Origin: Eubacteriales bacterium
Lineage (GTDB): Bacteria > Bacillota > Clostridia > Oscillospirales > CAG-272
Reading direction: 5' to 3'
NCBI GenBank assembly: GCA_045605175.1
Contig: JAZUPL010000010.1
Span: 420-64,419, forward strand
Length of the DNA: 64,000 nt
Under the pieces are notes generated by a model. The model was not told the DNA's origin. It saw only the letters and a program-made list of their open reading frames with translations, and ran no database searches. Shown piece after piece: positions 21,208 through 30,223 of this stretch (the stretch's first letter is position 1; every line of letters starts with the position of its first letter). Position numbers and translations under genes: made by a program.

Positions 21208-22035
21208 CTATAACGAATTACTCATTTTAACATATTTTCTATCCCCTATTTCGCCCCTAACGAGGGTTACGGGAACAAAGGTGTGCATATTGAAGGCGTA
21301 TGCCATAGCCGACTCTATGCCACTCTCGACATAGAACTCGCCCTCAATTTCAAAGGCGGTGACGGGGGGTGGTGTTTCTCCCCTTTCAAGCATAGCCGAG
21401 CATTCAAGCATCCTATCATTATCAAATCCGTCCTCGGAAAAGTTGAGTCTTTCGGGGGATATGTAGCACATTTTCAAACCCCTGTTGCTTGTCCACTCGC
21501 CAAAGGCGTTTATGATAAGTTCGGCTATCTCTTCTGGAGTGGCATAGGTTGTATCCACAACAAGAGAATAGTTGAACAAATCCTTTATATTCACTCCGTA
21601 CTGCTCGGCATAGCGCTTTTGCTCGCTCTGTCTTCTTGCACGGGTGTCGGCAATAGTTTCCTCAAGCGTACCTGCGTGCTCGCCCTTACGGTTGGCATTC
21701 ATAATACGCAGGGCACTCGTTTCAATATCAGTGGAAAGATAGACCTTGAAGGTGCCTTTGGTAAAGTGCCACGCCATACGCGAATCTATAATCAGTAGCC
21801 TATCATCTTCGCCAAGGCGAACAAGTCCGTCGTCTATCTCGTTGTCAATCTCGGGGTGAGTTTCCATATACCTATTAAGTTCAACGACGCTCATACCCAT
21901 ACGCTCGGCAATAGATCGAACTATTGAGCCGGTGGAATAATACTCTGCGCCGAGGGCTTCGATAAGAATACGGGAAACCGTACTTTTTCCGCTACCGAGG
22001 TCGCCAGCAAGCGAAATCTTGTCCTTCATAGTCAC
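21208..22035 (-). CDS. Cytidylate-kinase-like P-loop domain fused to a C-terminal ParB/Srx-like domain
   Basis: 275 aa (GTG start; alternative ATG at 22029). The N-terminal ~185 aa has GDLGSGKSTV and the (d)CMP/AAA-kinase layout. The C-terminal ~90 aa (CYISPERLNFSEDGFD...VTAFEIEGEFYVESGIESAMAYAF) resembles a degenerate ParB N-terminal/sulfiredoxin fold. Confidence 0.55.
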   Translation of the reverse strand: MTMKDKISLAGDLGSGKSTVSRILIEALGAEYYSTGSIVRSIAERMGMSVVELNRYMETHPEIDNEIDDGLVRLGEDDRLLIIDSRMAWHFTKGTFKVYLSTDIETSALRIMNANRKGEHAGTLEETIADTRARRQSEQKRYAEQYGVNIKDLFNYSLVVDTTYATPEEIAELIINAFGEWTSNRGLKMCYISPERLNFSEDGFDNDRMLECSAMLERGETPPPVTAFEIEGEFYVESGIESAMAYAFNMHTFVPVTLVRGEIGDRKYVKMSNSL

Positions 22036-22208
22036 ATCCTGCTTTCCTATATTTTTAACTTTAATATTATATACTATATATTTTGAATTGTCAAGAGCGA
22101 AAAGGGGCTTTTTCTACATTTTCTACATTTAAGAAAATTTTCTCTGTATGAATAAAACACTCCATCAAGGATAAAATATGAACATCATCAGGAAAGGAAA
22201 ATATATCT

Positions 22209-22907
22209 ATGGAAAACAAATTCAAATTCAAAGACAATCCTACTATGCAGAAGATTGTCTATGCCGCCGTTATAGTTATACTCTGCGTTACTGCAATAGT
22301 TATAGGAATAGTTGCGGCAGCATCCAAGAGCAAGGACGACACTCCCCCTATCGAAGAGCCGCCTATCGGCAACGAGGGTAACGGCACAAACGAGGGAAAC
22401 AATGGCGGCGATGAAACCCCCGGTGGCGAGCAGGAAACTCCTGCACCCGAAAAGCCTTTGGCTTTCGTTAGCCCTGTGGTTGGCACGGTTACAAAACATC
22501 ACGACCTTGACACACCCGTATTTTCGCTCACTCTCGGTGCTTGGAAGGTGCATAACGGCATTGACATAGAAACCGAAGATGGTGCGGCAGTTTATGCGGC
22601 AGAGGGTGGAACAATTTCTAAAATCTACAACGACCCCATGCTCGGCTACACGGTGGAGATAACCCACAGAGATAACATTGTAACTAAATATTCCTGCCTG
22701 TCCGACAAGGATATAGGTATGATTGCGGTGGGCGATGTGGTCGCATCGGGTGACAGAATTGGCTCGGTAGGCGATACGTCTGTATCAGAAATGGCAGACG
22801 AGTCACATCTTCACTTCGCTATGCTTGTCGGCGGCGTTGCGGTCAATCCCCTTGAATATATCACCGAAGAGTCACAGTCCGCATCCCTCGGTATTATCGA
22901 ACAGTAA
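22209..22907 (+). CDS. Membrane-anchored M23 (LytM) family metallopeptidase
   Basis: 232 aa with N-terminal TM IVYAAVIVILCVTAIVIGIVAAA and a low-complexity linker. LytM motifs HNGIDIE...GYTVEITH...SHLHFAM. Confidence 0.85.
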   Translation: MENKFKFKDNPTMQKIVYAAVIVILCVTAIVIGIVAAASKSKDDTPPIEEPPIGNEGNGTNEGNNGGDETPGGEQETPAPEKPLAFVSPVVGTVTKHHDLDTPVFSLTLGAWKVHNGIDIETEDGAAVYAAEGGTISKIYNDPMLGYTVEITHRDNIVTKYSCLSDKDIGMIAVGDVVASGDRIGSVGDTSVSEMADESHLHFAMLVGGVAVNPLEYITEESQSASLGIIEQ

Positions 22908-22913
22908 TTATAA

Positions 22914-22956
22914 AAAACAGAGCCGTTCTTTTTTTGAACTGCTCTGTTTTAATTTT
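22914..22956 (+). terminator. Intrinsic terminator after the M23 peptidase gene
   Basis: AACAGAGC-loop-GCTCTGTT followed by TTAATTTT. Confidence 0.6.
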
Positions 22957-23046
22957 GTACATTTTTTAGGAAAAATATATTCTTTTAATCTTGCTTTTTT
23001 TCAAAAAGGGTGATATAATACTGAAAAGCGAAATTTCGGAGGCTCT

Positions 23047-24276
23047 ATGAACAATACCTTTAAGGTGGCAATACTCGGCTTCGGCGTCGTCGGCGGCGGA
23101 GTGGTTGACCTGTTGATAAATAACAACAAAGAACTATCCTCACTTTCGGGGAAGAATTTTGAAATAAAATACATTCTTGACAAGCGTGATTTTCCTGACT
23201 CTCCCTATGCAAGCCTTGTAACCCACAACTACAACGACATTTTAAATGACGATGAAGTAGATGTAGTAGTAGAGGTTATGGGTGGCAGTCACCCCGCATA
23301 CGAATTTACCATTTCCGCTCTCAAAGCAGGTAAAAGCGTAGTCACATCAAACAAAGAGGTAGTGGCAAAATACGGTGACGAATTTCTCGCCGTGGCAAGG
23401 GCGGCAAGCGATAAATACAAGAAAAACGTGTCATATCTTTTCGAGGCATCGGTAGGCGGTGGCATACCTGTTATTTACCCAATTTTACATTGTATTAGGC
23501 AAAACAAAATCAGCGAAATTCGAGGAATACTCAACGGCACAACTAACTATATTCTTACAAAAATGTTCACCTATGGTGACAGTTTTACCGATGCACTCGC
23601 CTCCGCACAGGAAAACGGATATGCAGAGAAAAATCCCGATGCGGACATTCTCGGTTTTGATGCTTGTCGAAAGATAGCAATTCTAACCTCTCTTGTAACA
23701 GGCGACTTGATAGACGTAGGCAACATTCCCACCGAGGGTATCACCTCTATTAGAGCAAATGACGTTAAGTTTGCCGAATACATATCGCACAGCATTAAGT
23801 TGCTCGCAAGATGTGTAATAGATGAAGAAAAAGGTCCAATAGTGACAGTATCCCCCCATCTTCTCCCCTCGCATCTCCCATTATCGAGTGTAAACGGTGT
23901 ATATAACGCAGTTGAGGTAGTTGGAAGCCCTATTGGAAATGTTTTATTCTACGGTCAGGGTGCAGGTGCGGGTGCTACTGCCTCGGCAGTAGTGAGCGAT
24001 ATTGTCAACGCATCTGTTGGCGGCTCTTTACTTATGCCGAAAATTGCAAAAACCTCTCACTCTCCCAAGGAATTCTACAAGTCCTCTGTGGTAAGAATGT
24101 ACCTTGCCCTTCCGAAATGCGAGGAGAAACAGGCAAGAAGATTTTTTGCCGACAGTGATATACAGGTCTTTGGCGATGAGTGTATAGTAATAACAGCAAA
24201 ACTCATCGAGAGCGAAATAGAAAAACGGATAAACGATGGTGGCTTTACCCTTTTGTCAAAAATCCGTTTCCTTTAA
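23047..24276 (+). CDS. hom: Homoserine dehydrogenase
   Basis: 409 aa with an NAD-binding N-terminus (VAILGFGVVGGGV), the catalytic region GILNGTTNYILT and a C-terminal ACT-like domain. Confidence 0.92.
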   Translation: MNNTFKVAILGFGVVGGGVVDLLINNNKELSSLSGKNFEIKYILDKRDFPDSPYASLVTHNYNDILNDDEVDVVVEVMGGSHPAYEFTISALKAGKSVVTSNKEVVAKYGDEFLAVARAASDKYKKNVSYLFEASVGGGIPVIYPILHCIRQNKISEIRGILNGTTNYILTKMFTYGDSFTDALASAQENGYAEKNPDADILGFDACRKIAILTSLVTGDLIDVGNIPTEGITSIRANDVKFAEYISHSIKLLARCVIDEEKGPIVTVSPHLLPSHLPLSSVNGVYNAVEVVGSPIGNVLFYGQGAGAGATASAVVSDIVNASVGGSLLMPKIAKTSHSPKEFYKSSVVRMYLALPKCEEKQARRFFADSDIQVFGDECIVITAKLIESEIEKRINDGGFTLLSKIRFL

Positions 24277-25561
24277 TATTCTTTTTAATAATTCCACCCG
24301 ATTCCGATAGAGCGACTACTCTATCGGAATTTTTTACAAGTGTAAGCGAGCAAATCGAGGTAAGAATAAGCAAAAGCAGGTCGGTGACAGTTACCATAAA
24401 TGCCTCACCAACTAAGACACCAAGGGGCAAGAGTAGAAGAAAAACAAAGGTGTAGATTAGCCTGTTAGTTTTACCAAAAAGAAATTCGCTTGCACGGATA
24501 CCATAATAATACCAACAAACCACGGTAGAATAAGCGAAGAAGAAAACGCAGAAAAAGAGTGTGAACGAGCCGTAACTGCCAAAAGTACCCGAAAAAGCCG
24601 TAAACACCAAGGACATAGCACCATCAAATTCCGAGAGGTCTGGCACACAGAGGAGAACCGATAAGCCTGTTAAGGTGCAGAGCAAAACCGTGTCGAAAAA
24701 CACCTCGACTATCCCCATAAGCCCTGAGGCAGACGGGCTTAATATACTACTGTCGGCGTGGGCCGTGGAAGATGTGCCTGCACCCGCCTCGTTTGATAGT
24801 ATCCCTCGACTGTATCCCTCCCTAACAGGGCCGGTCAAAAGAAAGCCTAAAATCCCTCCGCTAACGCTATCAAAACTAAAGGCATCGTCAAGTATCAAAA
24901 GAACCACCGAGGGAAGTCTCACGCTATGTATTGCTATAATCGAAACAGAGAGAATTATGTAAATAATTGTAGTCAACGGAATGATTACGGCGGTGATTTT
25001 TTTAATAATATCTGCCCCACCAAACACTGCGAATGCAACAAAAAACAGGAATAGAACTATAAGAATGGTGGGGGGCGTGTTAAATAATTCGCTATATACA
25101 CCTGTAACGCTCATCAGTTGAAGCGACGAGCCCATAGTCAGAGCAAGCGCTAATGTAGAAAAGGCATACACCTTTGAAAGAGGCGCACCAACTTTGCCAA
25201 GAGTCGTTTCTATACAATGTGCCATAGTCCCCTGTGTCCCATTGGCACTTCGCACAGGAAATGAACGACAAAGCGACACCTCGCTATATTTTAGTGTCAT
25301 AGCGAAAAAGGAGGATATGAGCATCCAAAAAACGCTACCAGGTCCTCCAAGTAAAAGTCCTACGCATACACCAAAAATGTTGCCAACTCCCAGTGTCCCT
25401 GCAAGTGCCAAGGTTAAAGAGCGAAAGGCAGTCCTATCCTTTAATGCTCCTGAAATTTTCTTTATCGTTTTTATAGGGTGAAATATGAAGAAAAAGCGAA
25501 GCCTAAACATCAAGTAAAGACCTACTGTGCTTACTATTATGCTAAGTGGGTTAAAATACAT
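24245..25561 (-). CDS. Alanine/glycine:cation symporter (AGCS) family transporter
   Basis: ORF 24245..25603. The ATG at 25561 follows a GGAGGG RBS. The protein is polytopic, with GVGNIFGV and SNEAGAGTSS motifs typical of sodium:alanine symporters. Confidence 0.8.
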   Translation of the reverse strand: MYFNPLSIIVSTVGLYLMFRLRFFFIFHPIKTIKKISGALKDRTAFRSLTLALAGTLGVGNIFGVCVGLLLGGPGSVFWMLISSFFAMTLKYSEVSLCRSFPVRSANGTQGTMAHCIETTLGKVGAPLSKVYAFSTLALALTMGSSLQLMSVTGVYSELFNTPPTILIVLFLFFVAFAVFGGADIIKKITAVIIPLTTIIYIILSVSIIAIHSVRLPSVVLLILDDAFSFDSVSGGILGFLLTGPVREGYSRGILSNEAGAGTSSTAHADSSILSPSASGLMGIVEVFFDTVLLCTLTGLSVLLCVPDLSEFDGAMSLVFTAFSGTFGSYGSFTLFFCVFFFAYSTVVCWYYYGIRASEFLFGKTNRLIYTFVFLLLLPLGVLVGEAFMVTVTDLLLLILTSICSLTLVKNSDRVVALSESGGIIKKNIKGNGFLTKG

Positions 25562-25640
25562 AAAAAGCCCTCCGCTGAATTTTATGCGTAGGGCTTGTAT
25601 CATTATTCTTTATTATTAAGGTTATTCATCGTTGTTAATA

Positions 25641-26144
25641 TCAAAGGAAGAATAAAAGAGCAAGAATAATACCAATAGCGCAAGCGCCAAAAGCCACATA
25701 GGTGACTATGTTCATCACCTTGTCAAATCTCTCATTTTGCACCTTTTCTTCTTCATCAAGCGCCTTGTCTTCCTCGCTTTCTAAGAGTTCTTCCGGCACT
25801 TCGTCAAAGCCGTCTTCCTCGCCCTCGCTATTTGCCTCCTCATCAAGAGAAAAATCATAAGTTCCCTCTTTTATAGCGGTGGCACGCTGTGCCGCACGGT
25901 TAAGTGTCTCGGATATAATATCGACTACGAGAGGGTGGTCGTTGTTCTTCTTTTGCATTATTTCGTAGATGCCGTCCATACTCGACACTATCTCGTCATA
26001 ATCGGTGCTTTTTAAGGCTGTATCGATCATTCCGACGCATCTTGGGCAAGCACATACGGGAGTGCCGTATCCGCTCATTCCTATTATTGAGGAGTTTTCC
26101 TCCTCCATATATTCAAGACAAATAGCACATTTCTTTTCGCTCAT
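25641..26144 (-). CDS. Tail-anchored acidic protein with N-terminal Cys4 zinc-ribbon-like motif
   Basis: About 167 aa. CAIC...CACPRC at the N-terminus, a long D/E-rich segment, and C-terminal TM VTYVAFGACAIGIILALLFFL. Its ATG overlaps the upstream stop (TGATG). Confidence 0.55.
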   Translation of the reverse strand: MSEKKCAICLEYMEEENSSIIGMSGYGTPVCACPRCVGMIDTALKSTDYDEIVSSMDGIYEIMQKKNNDHPLVVDIISETLNRAAQRATAIKEGTYDFSLDEEANSEGEEDGFDEVPEELLESEEDKALDEEEKVQNERFDKVMNIVTYVAFGACAIGIILALLFFL

Positions 26145-26290
26145 CACTTCTCTCCTCTTAGGGTGCGACGCACATAGGCGATATACTCTTCGCGAAGTTT
26201 GGCGCGCTCTTTTTGTTCTTCTTCGCTTAGTTCCCTTTGCTTTGCAATTCTTGCAAGTTCGTTTATTCTGTCTATTTTACTTTGTTCCAT
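26144..26290 (-). CDS. DUF896 (UPF0291/YnzC-like) small helical protein
   Basis: 48-aa ORF found by hand, below the ORF-track size cutoff: MEQSKIDRINELARIAKQRELSEEEQKERAKLREEYIAYVRRTLRGEK. This matches the DUF896 pattern (INELARK.K...LT.EE..E...LR.EY). The reading was cross-checked against the antisense ORF-track translation. Confidence 0.65.
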   Translation of the reverse strand: MEQSKIDRINELARIAKQRELSEEEQKERAKLREEYIAYVRRTLRGEK

Positions 26291-26303
26291 TTTTCCGCCT
26301 GAA

Positions 26304-27509
26304 TTATTTTATTTTCGTATAGAGTTTTGCAAGTCCGCCGGTGGAGGTTTCTCTATAATGCGAGGACATATCCTTGCCGGTTTGGTACATCGTTTCGATA
26401 ACCATATCAAGCGAGATTTTTCTCGATCCTGACAGGAAGTTCGCCAAATTTACTGCATTTATAGCACGCATTGCCGCCACAGCGTTTCGCTCAATACAGG
26501 GTATCTGCACAAGACCGCATATCGGATCACAGGTAAGCCCTAAATGATGCTCAAAGGCTATCTCTGCGGCGTACTCTATCTGGTCTATTCCCATTTCAAA
26601 CAGTTCGCCAAGTGCCGCCGCTGCCATAGAGCAGGCAGTTCCAATCTCTGCCTGACAACCGCACTCAGCACCGCTTACCGAGGCATTTGTCTTTACAAGG
26701 TTGCCAATAAGGCCTGCCACCGCAAGGGCGTCAAGCACTCGCTTGTCCGAAAAGCCGTGCTTTTCCTGCATATATTTAAGCACCGACGGAAGAACCGCAC
26801 AAGCACCACAGGTAGGAGCGGTAACAATAGTACCGTTGTCGGCGTTTTGCTCGCTCACCGCATAGGCATAGGAGCAGACTATTCGGTTTTCGCGTGTTAC
26901 CTGACTCTCGTCGATATGTCTTTGATTATAGAGGTGTTGTGCCTTTCGCTCAACTCCAAGCCCACCGGGAAGAATACCAGAGGTGGTAAGTCCATCGTGA
27001 ATGGCGTTTTTCATCGTGTCATAGACCTCATAGAGGAAGTCGTAAAGTTCACGTCCCTCACGCATAATTACAAATTCGGACAGGCGGATTCCGTGAGTTT
27101 TGCAATACTCGGAAATCTCTGCAAAACTGGATTCGGGATATATATCCTCACTTTTATCTATCTCTCGTCCTTCTATACGAATGTCACCGCCGCCTATGCT
27201 CATAACACGCATTTTAGAGGTACACTCGCCACCTTTATAGGCGTAGAGGTCCATCGTATTTTCGTGTGGGAGGTCACGGAGAGTGGTATTAAACTCGATT
27301 TCTACATCCTTGCCCCCTGCAACCATAGCAATAGCACAGTTGGTGCCGTGTCCTCTGCCCGTATCTGCCAAAGAGCCGTACAGTACGACACGATAGGACT
27401 CCGCATCCTCGTTTTCGCTAACGAAAACCTCCATAGCCTTTGCGGGGCCCATAGTATGAGAACTGGAGGGACCTTTTCCTATTTTATAGACATCTCTGAT
27501 AGATTTCAT
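26304..27509 (-). CDS. sdaA: L-serine ammonia-lyase, iron-sulfur-dependent, single-chain form
   Basis: 401 aa. MKSIRDVYKIGKGPSSSHTMGP is the diagnostic N-terminus. The alpha-domain region has TAPTCGACAVLPSV and CDPICGLVQIPCIERNA. Confidence 0.9.
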   Translation of the reverse strand: MKSIRDVYKIGKGPSSSHTMGPAKAMEVFVSENEDAESYRVVLYGSLADTGRGHGTNCAIAMVAGGKDVEIEFNTTLRDLPHENTMDLYAYKGGECTSKMRVMSIGGGDIRIEGREIDKSEDIYPESSFAEISEYCKTHGIRLSEFVIMREGRELYDFLYEVYDTMKNAIHDGLTTSGILPGGLGVERKAQHLYNQRHIDESQVTRENRIVCSYAYAVSEQNADNGTIVTAPTCGACAVLPSVLKYMQEKHGFSDKRVLDALAVAGLIGNLVKTNASVSGAECGCQAEIGTACSMAAAALGELFEMGIDQIEYAAEIAFEHHLGLTCDPICGLVQIPCIERNAVAAMRAINAVNLANFLSGSRKISLDMVIETMYQTGKDMSSHYRETSTGGLAKLYTKIK

Positions 27510-27577
27510 AGTCTTCTCCTATACATTTATGGGGTCGATATAATTATAGCATACGGGTAAAAAATATGCAAGAGTTT

Positions 27578-28108
27578 TCATTTTTTCGCTTTACTTAACC
27601 TATTATTGATAAAAAAGGCAAGAATAATTTTGACTATATCAGGCAGGATAAAGGGCAAAACCGTGACTAAAAGCGACTGCCCAAGGGCATAAACTCCCCC
27701 AAGATAGACCAAAGAATAGTAGAGCGAGCCACAGAGATAGAGGGTTAGCAAGGCTACGACAGTGGCTATAATTTTTCCACTCCTTTTATTCCTAAAAAGA
27801 AAAAGAGCGAGAGAATATACCAAAAGCATAAAAATAAAGCCGAATAAAAAGCCTCCGCTTGGCCCGACAAATGCCGAGATACCACCGCCAAAGAGCGAAA
27901 AAACAGGCACGCCAATAGCGCCGAGGACAAGATACACCACTACCGACAAGGAGCCATATAAAGGGCCTTGGTAATAGAGCGAAAAATAGACAGCAAATAG
28001 TTGGAGTGAAAGAGAAATCTGCCCAAGGGGAAAGGATATGAAAGAGCAGATACACATAAGTGCCACACATATAGCCGAGACGGTCATTTTCCTAATGCTG
28101 TTTTGCAT
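27578..28108 (-). CDS. bioY: Biotin transporter S-component
   Basis: 176 aa with about 6 TMs. PLGQISLSLQLFAVYF...GVPVFS..GGISAFVGPSGGFLFGF is characteristic of BioY. Confidence 0.85.
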   Translation of the reverse strand: MQNSIRKMTVSAICVALMCICSFISFPLGQISLSLQLFAVYFSLYYQGPLYGSLSVVVYLVLGAIGVPVFSLFGGGISAFVGPSGGFLFGFIFMLLVYSLALFLFRNKRSGKIIATVVALLTLYLCGSLYYSLVYLGGVYALGQSLLVTVLPFILPDIVKIILAFFINNRLSKAKK

Positions 28109-28137
28109 ATTCTTCCTCCTTTTAGGTTTTGTTATTT

Positions 28138-28167
28138 ATTATAGCCTATCAAACAGGGAAATGTCAA
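28138..28167 (-). promoter_or_regulatory. Sigma-A-type promoter of bioY
   Basis: The minus strand reads TTGACA-18 nt-TATAAT, upstream of the AAGGAGG RBS. Confidence 0.5.
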
Positions 28168-28210
28168 CCAAATCAGGCATAAATATATTAAAATAAATTC
28201 GTATTAGGTC

Positions 28211-28240
28211 TTGACAGGTGTAATATGTGTGTGGTAAAAT
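28211..28240 (+). promoter_or_regulatory. Sigma-A-type promoter of the lysine operon leader
   Basis: TTGACA-18 nt-TGgTAAAAT (extended -10), about 20 nt upstream of the riboswitch. Confidence 0.6.
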
Positions 28241-28261
28241 ATTATCAACTTAATAAATGAT

Positions 28262-28466
28262 AGAGGTGCACTTCACGAAGACTACCGCACAACAAAGGCC
28301 TCCAAGGGCCGTGTGGGAAAGGCGTGGGTGCCGAAGTACGCACCTTTGGAAAGTGCGCGCTGGCTTAATGGATAACATCCTTTTGGCTGTCGTAGAAATA
28401 CGGAGGGCTATCGACTCATAATCCTTTTGATTTTTGGATAGTCGTGCCCTGCGACTATCTTTTTTG
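28262..28466 (+). promoter_or_regulatory. Lysine riboswitch (L-box) with intrinsic terminator
   Basis: L-box elements occur in the canonical order: AGAGGTGCA, GGGAAAGG, GGTGCCGAAG, CTGTCGTAG, GGAGGGCTATCG. They are followed by the hairpin GATAGTCG-TGCCCT-GCGACTATC plus T6, then the dapA RBS. Confidence 0.85.
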
Positions 28467-28526
28467 CTTTAATTTTAGGATTAGCAAGCAGTACTTTGGC
28501 AACCCTTGAAGTCACAAGGAGGAGAT

Positions 28527-29411
28527 ATGAAAAACACGATTTTTACAGGCGCGGCAACCGCAATTATTACCCCTATGAACGAGGTCGGAGTTGACTACGA
28601 GAGTTTTGGCAGGCTTATCGACTGGCAGATAGAAAACGGAATTGACGCTATCGTAGTAGCGGGAACAACAGGCGAGGCATCTACCCTCACCGACGAGGAG
28701 CACAAAGAGTGCATTCGCTTTGCCGTAGAGCGCGTAGGTGGAAGAGTGCCTGTTATCGCGGGTACCGGCTCTAACGATACCGCATACGCAATTGAACTTT
28801 CAAAATACGCCTGCGAGGTGGGTGCCGATGCACTCTTACTCGTTACCCCCTACTACAACAAGGCTACGCAAAAGGGACTTATCGCTTCCTTTACCGCTAT
28901 TGCGGACGCTGTGACAAAGCCCTGTATTCTTTATAACGTTCCCTCAAGAACAGGCTGTAACATTCTGCCTAAAACTGTAAAAGAACTCGCAAAGCACCCC
29001 AATATAGTGGCAATTAAGGAAGCGAGCGGAAATATTTCGCAGATAGCAGAACTCGCCGCATTAGCAGGCGAGGACATAGACATATATTCGGGTAATGACG
29101 ACCAGATTGTGCCTATCCTCTCGCTTGGCGGTAAGGGCGTTATTTCGGTGCTCTCTAACCCTATGCCAAAGGAAACCTCGCTTATGTGCAAGATGTTCTT
29201 TGAGGGGGATATAGCAGGCGCTCGTAAACTTCAACTCGACCTGTTGCCCTTAGTAAACGCACTATTCTGCGAGGTCAACCCCATTCCCGTCAAGGCGGCT
29301 ATGAATGAAATGGGCTTCTGTCAGAATGATATTCGTCTTCCCCTATGCGAAATGGAAGATGAGCACCGCAGGACACTCTGCGAGATAATGAGAGGACACG
29401 GACTTATTTAG
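28527..29411 (+). CDS. dapA: 4-hydroxy-tetrahydrodipicolinate synthase
   Basis: ORF 28506..29411. ATG 28527 follows an AGGAGG RBS. Motifs MKNTIFTGAATAIITPM, GTTGE and YNVPSRTG, plus the active-site Lys context AIKEASG. Confidence 0.95.
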   Translation: MKNTIFTGAATAIITPMNEVGVDYESFGRLIDWQIENGIDAIVVAGTTGEASTLTDEEHKECIRFAVERVGGRVPVIAGTGSNDTAYAIELSKYACEVGADALLLVTPYYNKATQKGLIASFTAIADAVTKPCILYNVPSRTGCNILPKTVKELAKHPNIVAIKEASGNISQIAELAALAGEDIDIYSGNDDQIVPILSLGGKGVISVLSNPMPKETSLMCKMFFEGDIAGARKLQLDLLPLVNALFCEVNPIPVKAAMNEMGFCQNDIRLPLCEMEDEHRRTLCEIMRGHGLI

Positions 29412-29426
29412 TCTTTGCTATTTGAT

Positions 29427-30200
29427 ATGAAGGTTTTAATTAACGGAATTTGCGGTCATATGGGTAAGGAGGTCGCAAGACTCTGCGAGGAGGGTTACAG
29501 AGGTGCAACTCTCGTCGGTGGCGTTGACGTTATGGCGTGTGAATATGGCGACTATCCTGTTTATTCCACGGTTGACGAGTTGCCCAAGGATATAGAGATA
29601 GACGTAATAGTAGATTTTTCGCACCATTCCTGCGCCCCTGCTCTGCTTTCCTATGCGGTGGAAAATAACATTCCCACAGTGGTGGCAACAACAGGACACA
29701 CAGAGGACGAAGAAAAAGCAATAGAGAGTGCCGCAGAGCAGATACCGGTATTTTTCAGTGCAAATATGTCGCTCGGTGTGGCTCTTCTTGTAGAATTGGC
29801 GAAAACCGCCGCTATTGCTATGCCTGAGGCGGATATAGAGATTATTGAAAAGCACCACAACAGAAAGTTGGACGCCCCAAGCGGTACTGCCCTTATGCTT
29901 GCAAAGGCTATTTGCGAAGTAAGAGAGGACTGCTATCCCAAGCCGGGCAGAAACGGAAAACAAAAAAGAGAAAAAGGCGAAATCGGAATACACGCCGTAA
30001 GAATGGGCAATATTGTTGGTGAACACGAGGTTATACTCGGAACGGGCTCACAGACTATTACCATAAAGCACGAGGCTCACTCGCGCACGCTCTTTGCCGA
30101 GGGCGGTCTTGCTGCGGCAGAGTTCCTTGTAGATATGCCGAGAGGCCTTTACAATATGAAGAGCCTTATCGGTGGCAAAGAGCCTCTTAAAAGCAAATAA
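29427..30200 (+). CDS. dapB: 4-hydroxy-tetrahydrodipicolinate reductase
   Basis: MKVLINGICGHMG at the N-terminus and the EKHHNRKLDAPSGTA signature. Confidence 0.92.
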   Translation: MKVLINGICGHMGKEVARLCEEGYRGATLVGGVDVMACEYGDYPVYSTVDELPKDIEIDVIVDFSHHSCAPALLSYAVENNIPTVVATTGHTEDEEKAIESAAEQIPVFFSANMSLGVALLVELAKTAAIAMPEADIEIIEKHHNRKLDAPSGTALMLAKAICEVREDCYPKPGRNGKQKREKGEIGIHAVRMGNIVGEHEVILGTGSQTITIKHEAHSRTLFAEGGLAAAEFLVDMPRGLYNMKSLIGGKEPLKSK

Positions 30201-30223
30201 AGTAAAATCGAAAGAGTTTTTTT

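Noticed and set aside
21198-22208. Expected T-box leader in front of argS.
   Set aside because: argS starts 10 nt after the upstream kinase-like gene. The 170-nt region upstream of that gene shows no specifier-loop or T-box (AGGGUGGNACCGCG-like) sequence.
24245-24276. A 32-nt overlap of the 3' ends of the convergent hom and AGCS transporter genes.
   Set aside because: Both reading frames are intact with conserved C-termini, and short convergent overlaps are common in compact genomes. I found no hairpin or regulatory motif specific to the overlap.
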